Of a DNA stretch of 64,000 nucleotides, positions 53,601 to 58,649 are shown piece after piece (positions within the stretch are counted from its first letter, which is position 1; every line of letters begins with the position of its first letter). Position numbers and translations under genes: made by a program. Location: positions 248,001 through 312,000 of the IMG/VR virus record IMGVR_UViG_3300024239_000011; one strand, given 5' to 3'. A model generated the notes under the pieces. That model searched no databases and was not told the DNA's origin. It saw nothing but the letters and a program-made list of their open reading frames with translations.

Positions 53601-53632
53601 AAATGCTTGATTACTTGTCTTTTCTCGACCAT
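38666..53632 (-). CDS. Giant (4988 aa) baseplate/virion structural protein
   Basis: Uninterrupted 15 kb ORF; YINEVKPYHSKIR; YFDTDRPH..PWEM; four W/Y-x4-Y-x2-(G/N)D CBM5/12-like repeats; RVLVKNQ...ENGIY fibre motif; TAAATA at 53664-53669. Confidence 0.85.
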   Translation of the reverse strand: MVEKRQVIKHLPSVLQSQTLQRFFGATVDHLFQPQASEVVSGYIGRYPLYTDPEKDFYIQEPSKTRQDYSMEPIAISRATETASVTHALFYDDLLNHLRFHGGLINDHNRLFDNEFYSWCPPVDIDKLMNFKRYYWMPRGPKPIEILSLTDVERTLVGNTDYPLIFTGKYRLPSDDSITEPHDGTVEPLTLTSGMRLTIRRDVNSDQFNNKTFIIEGVGVSAFLIEEPEGEGGHRWDDLGRYTVTPYVFFIEDPNTDIQNFITTINGKKYFDFSGHYKRANQDNPWRPFDPMTPPDVTDPYDDKWEASYASPSEPIALTNNMLIIFVTYGFEQVTKYTYKTCMYKVAGVGKEINLRIEPFGWDAEQGLGWGSVALATTSARPDYLVMERGCIDGNPWSRGNRWFHEDVVARADRGTDDAIRAERPIIEFKRNLELYQYGQRRVGDVDVKEDVLTFTQINGFAASNPDFIHNQPPLREFGIAPLLLDVSARGKNWVDTANDPTSTWFVDAGSYTIDLSNPTMGLGLTPDEALRAVFYFNDRPVRIGFDYRINANNTLSIRKPTGTAQTKITAIIWDTEKGILIRDGMTILITNDPNPEYNNRIYRVSGIKSTGRVVLSPVIVGENESGLPSVGDTIRSRYGFSNLDRDFRFDGDNWIEVQRKTHSNQPPLFALYDIDGVALDDPGRYPESTFAGSRVFGFTDEASAGVPMDTILEMRVKHSASGHPIYKNYLTTERFNYALDKDEITGYYFHRTQKIDGSFDYSNDWYLVDMPSRQRIKHTYISTEGQTDFAISHNLTVDELIDPDAISVMVNAEELNLYTDYSVSDGVVSLRNGVAKNNLVTIYTYVRRAPDNLVGVYEVPFNLQGNPDSREVSEISYNEFFDHFTTILKSQKNFNGNVYGVNNYRDTPKDRSFGRVILQHRAPMLKTMIMASDQNIDFMLSIQYAEHEFSRFRNKFIRKIVDIYEQGIDRLISPEDFVNRALEEINVGKTVDFPFAYSTMCPAGDNFKVFEVSVDCFTGVNEYLIPGTRENIEKSFVYLEKNGEFPKLLDRGWDYETDVDEIRLLGDFSLNETDKIRLIRYDGYFTYVPPSPSQMGIYAIFRPGMVVDETLLNPRQFIQAHDGSYIESFTGEYEFLNSVVLEFEKRVYNNSSLRFAQRGAERIFDHRRYVSGKFRRPASEGGAGYLTDYSWAEWNSIIRPAFERWATMSRVNYRENQTWIADNPFTWNYGAVPDRDGQPLPGHWRGIYLYYFDTDRPHTHPWEMLGMSQKPDWWDAHYGVAPYTRGNTKLWGDLENGIIARGPTAGTYSEYQRPGMSQYIPVDDLGNLIDPVSAGICSRLPTAFEAQQEWKFGDHGPTETAWRRSPNFPFAATMSGYLIKPVRLIEYCWDTVRLKEIYRNQKQTRQWVYDDIRARRPHSYLTLHGEESSEVDLPQRYRVTGVQQWVCDYIKSRGQDITEAFGKVIRGIDVRLGHKMAGFVDQNTLQARADNFGLVPSENINVFLYRSPSIADHTYSGVIVQWTGRGWKVFGYDVVDPVFRTIPSDINGRKTKVAVGKTEKTGRPWQAHVVYTAGDIVVNQGVEYKCIDNHRSGEEFGDSFWKPLDLGPNNKGITVIHYLDANRAGNILNVPYGTEFYNPQDVFDFLVDYGRWLKKDGWVFEQMDFANEETIDWVSVGKDFLFWSLGRWAPGNTIALSPASKYVKFVTDHGEVQNIERIVRGAYSMLNRDGFMIQPRETDVSRVGNELVVTSRNDQLIYLTRLFVSEVEHVIIFDNVTIFNDLIYDPVFNLRQPRLRLSATRSMDWVGRMDAPGFIVTDNVLIPNFEKTVDDFRHFFGIEDGVDNPTLRNYSLHLVGYQGRAYMNDLLLDPKTEFQFFQGAMRQKGTSDAMQKLLRSFFVLDAEEVKFFDEWAFRVGNYGGVTNKLTFEFLLRQREVRSRPQLVEFFANNSTIADLPNDDVVNIPLEVQSWAPNTFYSKYEEVKFDNRYYSVLSAHTSASTIVEDIDAGRLVETENRWVVKPNREMETIFPLRAINETREGDLPVAGYARVDESDHYALDLTDLSSVHYEILQKGKNFVTGEKIWVYDINDEWQMFSVQNLGTAVVNVTKVEYVSDTETKITVSDTHNLAIDDLIVITTDTKSIPDVRGIHYVKSVPSTTEFIIPVVIDDMFDWTSQGGTTGPAVMKFFPRRFATISARNATLNTGQWLSGDLAYVDDAGNGKYAVYQYNGNNFDTIPVRIQPAKVDNNRIFNAVIYDKKTTEVQQYVHLYDPAKGIIPGTADAEIWYKLEIDPAVYNNGDPKYHRMNPEIAWGGGEEHRLWWDLSTVKFLDYEISDNKYRKYVWGRLAPRATIDVYEWTRSTVPPTEWARQVEINKGKAIEAFDAKPTGSVKDANNPAWCERTEYDPATGDYKTVYYFWVKNKATVPPVEWRKLTTTQVAKFIENPSTFDMPWFAPISPDATIISGVDYLLNDENSIVQVNYRRTDREDNVHREWVLMREGDDRSYPDPLLWRKMTDSLVGFNVEYMDVPDLSLSTVERYGNLFRPRQSWFNDRYMARRIIVERVNTMLTKRPVMQGDLTYLQSSDEGLLTFTEKSPRALVAQKHVGSSIGLLAKIDVDLATATIDGNVDLTGGTFPGTIDRVFVREGNRVLVKNQIDATENGIYVYHENDKVFVRATDCAAGSHLPEGANIYVRRGNDNRGTKWIQCVSNAVVGVDNNNWFEVVGDLDYHMEVDSFDERNAKEIDPDFVLERGTRVLVRGNTSTYGFWSLWSYDPTVAGRWSCDAVQHYKTIDFWSTVDWYDTGYSKLNIPRYVFPSEVERDIHDREVGFSAGDLIRIDKKDIDLWYWQEYQGKVDGEAFGRWKMVAYKNGTIKLSDRFYDESRRQIIKDNHPTDLNAYWETVRLRDGSLEFKAMLKALMGDADIPGLLSKGEINALFFAMVHYAHTEHRMVDWAFKTSFLFIKGINEPLIQEPVLRKDKTDSIIGYINEVKPYHSKIRDFTLSKILPMETGHARVTDFDKPVFPLDRTIKDHAVIDVVWNGDGTYTIADPYTATDFRNSRHHKDWYENFQKIADDHYPVRSMKTTIHFDRVKWIDWYVDGEQALLKLYREHYGQREESTTKRAHRLGDRVWFHNYDGLNQDHWKVVYLRSPNHPIPTRIASLKPGASNRVIVKTPANHNVVAPHYDMNPSAYDANISYVVGDIIRWRTKNYLCIKSYVSTGDFDGEKLKHWSDAIPQIAAYVVIPQPIPEVVLTGDGHTKLFELPFRVDEHDLEVYVDGRLLDWATTANYYTDGDALEISRDNDAKTYTPDYEIVSMEQREDIVIRGTSTGTIALKNIPYHESTISVKVKRNLRGVKAWAAEKVYVVNDLAKHSGSVFVCTTSHTSVDFATDQSNWELITPDAIIPRNGTPRVTNADPLYTFMYGNGQIVMISPTPKSGDQLMITYKTDPGVRLRINETPKDGQTIYIRRRSQTTMVGAYKVMKYVDANTIEIKASLPSDIIFGSDNIPMNLLTYRDDVLTLVNEKGDNITVPYDNTMDPNLLTQAERIMLYYRPTPGMPAKDMRELLDINFKGTRMDGGDLLDTKFSEDVGNHVPVMNFVYNGQDEVPVTYWQDGMDNSLGWGDHIFDSIRDKMDGDVVVVEYNGIVQLSDAYDFYYNTTEDLWKVRFNALPNHGDLITVAVVTNDIVDGVETTMSEKKSTRYYDMNIMGGTFTAPASTSGFDDVIVDGGFFLAGPSKTFEALDGQQDFQLDGAPVVGVIGSADDLNWHARVYVNGRRRLDGYHLENIAGTWHVIFDESVVQGTEVRIELQGKPAMTNPYMDENRPQELIATRTADSLGITVYTEATAGAPSVVSARYEADDVTTHFELRQKPSSRETVFVTVGLDGENMMLEMVSRNPMTGDPLFSSDTAVRADQYYLHWDTGVVELGIAPPKGAVIKITSFSTGGTNVENIDTFVSVGVGEFTLTKLPAATPNIRVWTQAGTQPVTEITEFNVIEQQLFLGVAPTEGTLVTVTYEIEDAASNDFQNNQNQRIVEIARFSPTNGIMPPLMLKNPEGITYSQSHISVVRDGEVLSLGDYSVIKHDTGTHEVVLTDGEPGEVAIVAFNTPNIVKVRTHQYQYTAGEPIILTDVPSPTVPHHGAVLVYKKITEADLICENGQPAGTSIGDPLVADDVGRGIRLMPPTTRYFLGDGGCFAYRFERPITSVADTQIWIGQNTTPLVPVYPAGTVGGDATGTVDVGSFTIPQRFRGPIDANDALPCDGDDDLKAGDYFVIEGYFGFDDGGYDGVPFDNTPKPEGTNVRNWLGVAFAGTWATKGMNRPNPNQTNQNEFGFEDGDMILYLGRGRWSRMITSAGMRNTGNYAASLARAVEEATREIHFFDAPSKNADICFVWYEHGKYDYDIKNGNELHLYGPTFAGLTLEDGDWITVTTFSDDEAMGIRTEVFTATVNGKYPLTRVPSDANSLWVNTNGRRNIYGMDYTIQNSTIGWDNLSWDAYFGWDDNRSRPLVSFNNRHSGDWRVVVTTFTNRSAQQPVGFRLFKNSQDEWEYLRIADAHKTKLNTALDFDDRHMQVVDAKVFVTNNEAAILSRKDVTMYATTATLVVNIDLLSSTPVPPVHVVVSDNAAGGAADGIITHADIAMAINSNADLRAVTISAAITEHGHLIIRRVDGQDFSISDSASDALATAFFGNNVVSSVRPLLTPEAVFVDGERIEYMGIDVVNNRLLNIRRGTGGTSSGIRNIYRNHMEVSDGLKEEFILPGWFDPMNDDAVMIKAEYVDHGKVMVKEYRKESYTVTRNDTDEVVVKFPYAPTEGWVLTFSATVSNWEISGASYPAGTIVVDGGAPQYIPGGYRWEGLLDKGFQGQLDAIPVGTKGVTQADAGRWYQLSRAYDAELLDIRVIIEHEGFVDPETGETRTIEEQLIRYQDWFIDGTILKFRRNIPAPTNGQNNIILHLRSYRGLQYSNSAMAQFLREKPATHYWGN

Positions 53633-53744
53633 ATCGACCTTGACTGTTTAATTAATGCATAGGTATTTACGCCGGTATTATCACCGCAGTTATTTATCCC
53701 GACCGAAAATAAAGCCGGGAACAAATAAAGTTTTCTGGACAGTC

Positions 53745-53773
53745 TTGACAGCATCAATCTAGCGTTGTATGGT
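53745..53773 (+). promoter_or_regulatory. Sigma70-type early promoter
   Basis: TTGACA-17 nt-TATGGT. Confidence 0.6.
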
Positions 53774-53800
53774 ATTCACAACACAGCGGGAGTTATCTCG

Positions 53801-53977
53801 ATGTCCTCGAATACTAAGAAGCGTCATCCGGTCGAATACCTCGGTCATGTTGCCGGGTATGCCACCACCAAGCGCGGCGCTCTGCGCATCATGCGCAAGC
53901 TGAACAGCCTCGTGACCAAGATGGCTTTGAGCAAGGGCAAGAAGCCCGTCTGGCAGGCGGTCGAATGGGAGGGCTAA
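53801..53977 (+). CDS. Small basic hypothetical protein
   Basis: GGAG RBS downstream of the promoter. Confidence 0.65.
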   Translation: MSSNTKKRHPVEYLGHVAGYATTKRGALRIMRKLNSLVTKMALSKGKKPVWQAVEWEG

Positions 53978-53980
53978 GAC

Positions 53981-54463
53981 ATGTCCAGAACTGTTCGTAA
54001 GGTTCCCAATTGGGTGTCCAATCGCCACTGCAACAAGCATTTGGATAAGCCGTGTGCGGTTAGCTCTCATGGCTCCCCGCGCAAGTTCGATACCGACCGC
54101 GACATGTTCATCTTCGAATATACGCATGGGCTGTCGAAGCCGATGAACCTGTTCGCGGGTGACGGGGTTTTGGTTGGTCGCAAGGGCGCCAAGGCGGTCA
54201 AGAAGGCGTATTCCAAGAAGGCGCGTCGTCAGAGCATGGCGGTTCTCGAAGCCGAATTGCTGATGGCGATGGAACCCATCGATCCGATCTTCGACCCCGA
54301 GGATGATTACTTCCCGTCGTATGACGACGATCTGGACCTCGATCCGTTCGATGAGCATTATGCGGCGAACGACGATTGGGATTACGTCGATGACGGGATG
54401 GATTTCTGCGATCCCTGGTACGACGATTACCACTCCCACTATTACCCCATGGCTGCGGAGTAA
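53981..54463 (+). CDS. Hypothetical protein, basic N-terminus and Asp/aromatic-rich tail
   Basis: GGAGG RBS; composition. Confidence 0.75.
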   Translation: MSRTVRKVPNWVSNRHCNKHLDKPCAVSSHGSPRKFDTDRDMFIFEYTHGLSKPMNLFAGDGVLVGRKGAKAVKKAYSKKARRQSMAVLEAELLMAMEPIDPIFDPEDDYFPSYDDDLDLDPFDEHYAANDDWDYVDDGMDFCDPWYDDYHSHYYPMAAE

Positions 54464-54468
54464 CCACC

Positions 54469-54648
54469 ATGTACATGATCACCGGCTACGACGACCTGTG
54501 CATGGACATCAACATCAAGGTTGAGTCCTTCATGGAAGCCATCCAGATCATCCGCAAGCTGCGTGATACGTGTATCGTGTGGCTCACTCGCGAGAGTAAG
54601 ACCCCTGGGAAGTATGTCCCCACCAAGTATTCCACCGCGTGGGTCTAA
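54469..54648 (+). CDS. Small hypothetical protein (59 aa, MYMITGYDD...)
   Basis: GGAG RBS; ends at the terminator. Confidence 0.6.
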   Translation: MYMITGYDDLCMDINIKVESFMEAIQIIRKLRDTCIVWLTRESKTPGKYVPTKYSTAWV

Positions 54649-54650
54649 GG

Positions 54651-54683
54651 GAAAGGCGGGAGAAATCCCGCCTTTTCTTTTTC
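54651..54683 (+). terminator. Intrinsic terminator
   Basis: AAAGGCGGGA-GAAA-TCCCGCCTTT followed by a T-tract. Confidence 0.8.
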
Positions 54684-54746
54684 TATCACTTGACTTTTAG
54701 TACGGTGAATGTCAAAAATCCATAAGCGTTCACCGGAGTTTTCGCC

Positions 54747-55358
54747 ATGCCCTACGACCCCAGTGCTTTCATTCACTTCGCGATGCAGAACGGCGTGTTT
54801 CCTGAAGGCGGGAAGTACGGTGATCGTATTACCTTCACCATCCATGCGCCCAATAATCTAATGTTGGTGTTGGACGCCGGGCGGAATACCGGGGTACTGC
54901 CGCCCTCGTTGGAGTTCGACAAGCGCAACGGTAAGATCACCAAGGTCTGCAATGGGTTCGACAAGTACCCCGAAATGCTAAAGTGGATAATCACCTGCTA
55001 CGTGTCCCAGCGCGTCACCCGTATGACTGGTTTGAAGGTAATCAAGATGACCCAACTGGTCGATTACGACGCTGCCACCCAGGAATTCGACAAGATGGGT
55101 CGCGGCGTCCGCTCTGGCATTCGTGACTGGTTCACGCGCCTGGGGCAGGACATGCTTGCGGTACCAGTGATGGAGGCGCTTGCCCTCACCGAACGTGCGA
55201 TGATACTGCTGTCGAAGTTGACGGAAGAACAGGCGGATGTTCTGTATGAGGAAACGGAAACCGTGCGTCGCAAGTCGCAATTGGGTTTAATCGAATATAT
55301 GTCGGAGCAAGAGATTCTGGTTGAATTGCTCGACCAGATTGAGAAGGAAGTTCAGTGA
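54747..55358 (+). CDS. Hypothetical protein abutting the repeat array
   Basis: GGAG RBS; stop codon 6 nt before the first repeat; no Cas motif recognised. Confidence 0.75.
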   Translation: MPYDPSAFIHFAMQNGVFPEGGKYGDRITFTIHAPNNLMLVLDAGRNTGVLPPSLEFDKRNGKITKVCNGFDKYPEMLKWIITCYVSQRVTRMTGLKVIKMTQLVDYDAATQEFDKMGRGVRSGIRDWFTRLGQDMLAVPVMEALALTERAMILLSKLTEEQADVLYEETETVRRKSQLGLIEYMSEQEILVELLDQIEKEVQ

Positions 55359-55364
55359 TCATTT

Positions 55365-56284
55365 CTGTCGCACCACGATCCGTGGTAATTTCTTAGGTAC
55401 GGTTTGTCCACCATGGTACTATCGCACCACGACTGCCGTGGTATTTCTTCGCTTTTACGGCTGGGTCCATGGCCACGCCCGTCTTTCGGACCACGAGCAG
55501 ATTGCCGTGATATTTGCTTCAAAGAAAGCACAAGGAATGGCGCTCTGCGAAACACTTTCGCACCACGATTGCCGTGGTATTACCAACATTCACGGTAATG
55601 GTTCTGAATCTGCGGCTTTCGCACCACGAGCAACCGTGGTATTGCCTTCCAACGACAGGAGGAATGCATGCGCAGTCTTTCACTTTCGCACCACGAGCAG
55701 ATTGCCGTGGTATGTTTCCCTGATCGGGACGACATCTACGCCCTGTTCAGACTTTCGCACCACGAGCAGATTGCCGTTGGTATTGCTTCGCGCGACCTGA
55801 TCAATTTCCTCGAAGAGATTCGCCTTTCGCACCACGGGTGAATTGTCGTGGTATTTGCTTCCGATGAAATGGAACATGCCGCCAAAACCGACGTACTTTC
55901 GCACCACGGGCAAGTTGCCATGGTATTGCTTCACCAGCAAAAACAGACCGCATGTCGCGATGGTCAGCTTTCGCACCACGGGCAAATTGCCGTGATATTG
56001 CTTCCAGCTTGGTCACCACCAGCGTGTCGCCCTCGCGCTTTCGCACCACGGGCGAATTGCCGTGGTATTGCTTCTCTGACTATCGCCAAGCAGCAGGTCG
56101 ATCTCTATCGCACCACGGGTGAATTGCCGTGGTATTGCTTCCCCCGGCAACTACCTTGCCTTCGTCCATGTTGATCCTTCGCACCACGGGCGAATTGCCG
56201 TGGTATTGCTTCCCATAGCTGCTGGATTTGACAGCATGATGTTCGAGCTTTCGCACCACGGGCGAATTGCCGTGGTATTGCTTC
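55365..56284 (-). CRISPR. CRISPR-like array, 14 repeats and 13 unique spacers (about 26-35 nt)
   Basis: Plus-strand consensus CTTTCGCACCACGGGCGAATTGCCGTGGTATTGCTTC (37 nt); starts at 55365, 55419, 55483, 55555, 55616, 55683, 55752, 55824, 55896, 55968, 56038, 56105, 56176, 56248; hairpin ACCACGG/CCGTGGT; decay increases leftward; minus strand ends in GAAAG (orientation inferred). Confidence 0.9.
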
Positions 56285-56344
56285 ACCGCGCGCCCTGAGT
56301 ACACGTAGCCGTCATGTAACGGGCTGTCATGTGCAGTTATCGAT

Positions 56345-56488
56345 GCATACCACGGTTCTCGTGGTGCGAACGACACCCTGTTCAAGGGCGTCGATTTGTA
56401 TTTGGTAATACACCACGCCAATCGTGGTGCGACAGCTACCTACAATCGTTGCCAACAGTCCTATAACAATACCACGACAATCGTGGTC
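56345..56488 (+). CRISPR. Three inverted degenerate repeats with two spacer-sized gaps
   Basis: ATACCACGGTTCTCGTGGTGCGAAC, ACACCACGCCAATCGTGGTGCGACAG and AATACCACGACAATCGTGGTC are reverse complements of the short-loop variants in the main array. Confidence 0.75.
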
Positions 56489-56563
56489 TTTTTATTTGCC
56501 ATACTATACAGACAGGTGTATGCATGTATGCATGAATGATTAACCGAATCATGAGGTGCAAAT

Positions 56564-56974
56564 ATGTCCTACCCTACTCGCGAAGAAATCCAAGCTGCCG
56601 CTCTGCCGCTGATGAAGGCTCAACAGCTTCGTCTTGGCTTCTATGTAACTGACGATATTGTGGCAGAACTGGCGAAGGAATTCGGCGTCGATCTCAACGA
56701 GAAGATCGAAACCGGTCGCAGCAAGTTCGGCAACCTGTTCGACTGGGTGACTGCTCGGATGACTTCCACCGGGCAGCACGTCAAGATCAAGCCGAAGCAT
56801 TATCGGCTGGTGCTTTTCCCGTCTGTGACCGATCAGCGGGATGCCAAGGTGGACCACAAGACGGCTCCATCCAAGAATGATTTGTTGCTCAAACTGGCAC
56901 AGCAAATCGACACAATGGCGCAGAACATGGCGCAGATCAACGAAACATTCCGCCAGCTTCAAAAGGCGGCGTAA
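56564..56974 (+). CDS. Stand-alone Mrr N-terminal-like winged-helix protein with coiled-coil tail
   Basis: PT.EE....LPLM...IVAELAKEFG...TGRSKF.N..DW....M...G resembles Mrr_N; no nuclease domain. Confidence 0.6.
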   Translation: MSYPTREEIQAAALPLMKAQQLRLGFYVTDDIVAELAKEFGVDLNEKIETGRSKFGNLFDWVTARMTSTGQHVKIKPKHYRLVLFPSVTDQRDAKVDHKTAPSKNDLLLKLAQQIDTMAQNMAQINETFRQLQKAA

Positions 56975-56977
56975 ACG

Positions 56978-57009
56978 AAGAAACCCCGCCACTGGCGGGG
57001 TTTCTTTTT
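56978..57009. terminator. Bidirectional terminator
   Basis: AAGAAACCCCGCC-ACT-GGCGGGGTTTCTT followed by T. Confidence 0.8.
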
Positions 57010-57017
57010 CGAGTTAT

Positions 57018-57251
57018 TCACCAACACTCTTCGCATCGCAATTCGAATACCGTGTCTTGATCACAGTTTTCGGGGATCGTCACTTTCAATTTCGCTCGAT
57101 CTATGTGAAGGATGCGTAGGGTGATTTTCACCGTGACATCAGGAAAGATCACAATGTCGTCAACCAAAGGGACGACAGGCATTGTTTTGGTGAATGATCT
57201 GCTCGACATACCATGGCGAAATGTCATATCGAATAAGACGAGGTATTTCAT
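57018..57251 (-). CDS. Hypothetical protein
   Basis: ATGA overlap with the upstream ORF. Confidence 0.55.
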   Translation of the reverse strand: MKYLVLFDMTFRHGMSSRSFTKTMPVVPLVDDIVIFPDVTVKITLRILHIDRAKLKVTIPENCDQDTVFELRCEECW

Positions 57252-57925
57252 TCCGCTTCGTCCCATTCTTTATCAAACGGACGGATGAATTCCCACCGGT
57301 CATTACACCAACGGATATGTTCACATGGCACTTCACTGTATGGGGTTTTACGCCCATCAATCCAGTCGATCTGCACTCTCTTGGTGTCCGTGTCGATAAT
57401 GACCACTGTACCTTCGCGGTCAGCGTCCTGCCACACCGAATCGCCTTCGAATAGGGTGTGTTCGGTTTGTTCCAAACGACGTTCAAGGGTTGCCATGATC
57501 TCTTCGGCTGACATGGCATACCGTGTGACAACGGTATCCGGTCCCAACAGCCCAAGTGCCCGTGATACCAGCCCATCGATGAAACCAAGTTTCACCCCAT
57601 CACTGGCTTCTTCACCCGCCAGTGTGGACATGAGGCGTGCTGCCATGATTGCTTCGAGGTAGATGTCCAGCTTGGCGACCCGGTGATTGTCGAAACCACC
57701 CGCATAAGCATGTAAGGCACGCGCCAATTCGGCATGTCCGATCCCAGCTTCGTCCGACATGGCATTGAGTGCGATGAGCAGCCCGCGCCCGATATCAGTC
57801 ATCACGTCGTCGGGAACATTTTCACCGCCATGGATACCACGCACCATCAGCACGGAGTTGACCAGATCGACTACTTGCTGGGCAATGACCATTGACAACC
57901 GATCACCAATCACATCTTCAGCCAT
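57248..57925 (-). CDS. Hypothetical protein
   Basis: GAGG RBS before MAEDVIG. Confidence 0.65.
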   Translation of the reverse strand: MAEDVIGDRLSMVIAQQVVDLVNSVLMVRGIHGGENVPDDVMTDIGRGLLIALNAMSDEAGIGHAELARALHAYAGGFDNHRVAKLDIYLEAIMAARLMSTLAGEEASDGVKLGFIDGLVSRALGLLGPDTVVTRYAMSAEEIMATLERRLEQTEHTLFEGDSVWQDADREGTVVIIDTDTKRVQIDWIDGRKTPYSEVPCEHIRWCNDRWEFIRPFDKEWDEAE

Positions 57926-58052
57926 TTTGCCCTCAGTCCCTTTGAAAAGGATAGGATAACGATACTCGGTATGCGTGTCAAGCCGGTGAATTAAAGCCAG
58001 AGATAAATATTGGTTAAATACCACAGACGGTATTTCAGGGGATGGTATTACC

Positions 58053-58637
58053 ATGAATAAGAAGCAAACAATTGCAAAATGCGAAGTTGATGATTTCTTT
58101 GATAAGGGCGGTGCTACCGCCATGGGTCACATCTTCATTCATGACCCGGAAACCGGTGAAGTATTTGTGAATAAACGTAATGCGATTCACTACGAATCAT
58201 TTTCTATAGCCATCATCAAGGCATTGGCCCAAAAACAAGACGGGCACATTTACACGATGGCATTTGGTAATGGAGCCTCGGCGGTATCTGGTATTGGAAC
58301 GATCACTTACTTGACCCCAAATGTGGTTGGGTATGGAGCAGAATTGTATAACCAGACTTACGCTAAGAACATTCTCGAAGACAACATGGAAGTTCGTCAT
58401 ACCCCTGGTGAACTTTATACCGATCTTGTTATTCGAGTAACATTGGGGTTTGGTGAACCCTCAGGACAACGTGCTTTTGATGACGCGATTAGTCTTGAAG
58501 ACGCTTATGTTTTTGATGAAATTGCGTTGAAAGCATTTGACGGCACTTTACTTACACATGTGATTTTTCACCCTGTGCAAAAAAGTTTGAATAGACAAAT
58601 CGAATTAGTTTATACCATCCGCGTCGCGATGGTTTGA
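58053..58637 (+). CDS. Baseplate/tail structural protein
   Basis: NAIHYE, MAFGNG, FDEIALK, LLTHVIFHPVQKSLNRQIE..YT; TAAATA at 58004 and 58015. Confidence 0.75.
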   Translation: MNKKQTIAKCEVDDFFDKGGATAMGHIFIHDPETGEVFVNKRNAIHYESFSIAIIKALAQKQDGHIYTMAFGNGASAVSGIGTITYLTPNVVGYGAELYNQTYAKNILEDNMEVRHTPGELYTDLVIRVTLGFGEPSGQRAFDDAISLEDAYVFDEIALKAFDGTLLTHVIFHPVQKSLNRQIELVYTIRVAMV

Positions 58638-58649
58638 TGTGCGGATACT

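Noticed and set aside
54747-55358. Possible cas gene next to the array
   Set aside because: No RAMP glycine loop, RuvC, HEPN, Cas1 or Cas4 motif recognisable; left as hypothetical.
55365-56284. Alternative reading as integron attC cassettes, REP elements or a TIGR array
   Set aside because: Single 26-35 nt unique spacers, no cassette ORFs or integrase, no alternating two-repeat structure; CRISPR-like architecture fits best.
55321-56421. Several repetitive ORFs across the array
   Set aside because: Translations of repeats and spacers on both strands; no RBS or coherent frame.
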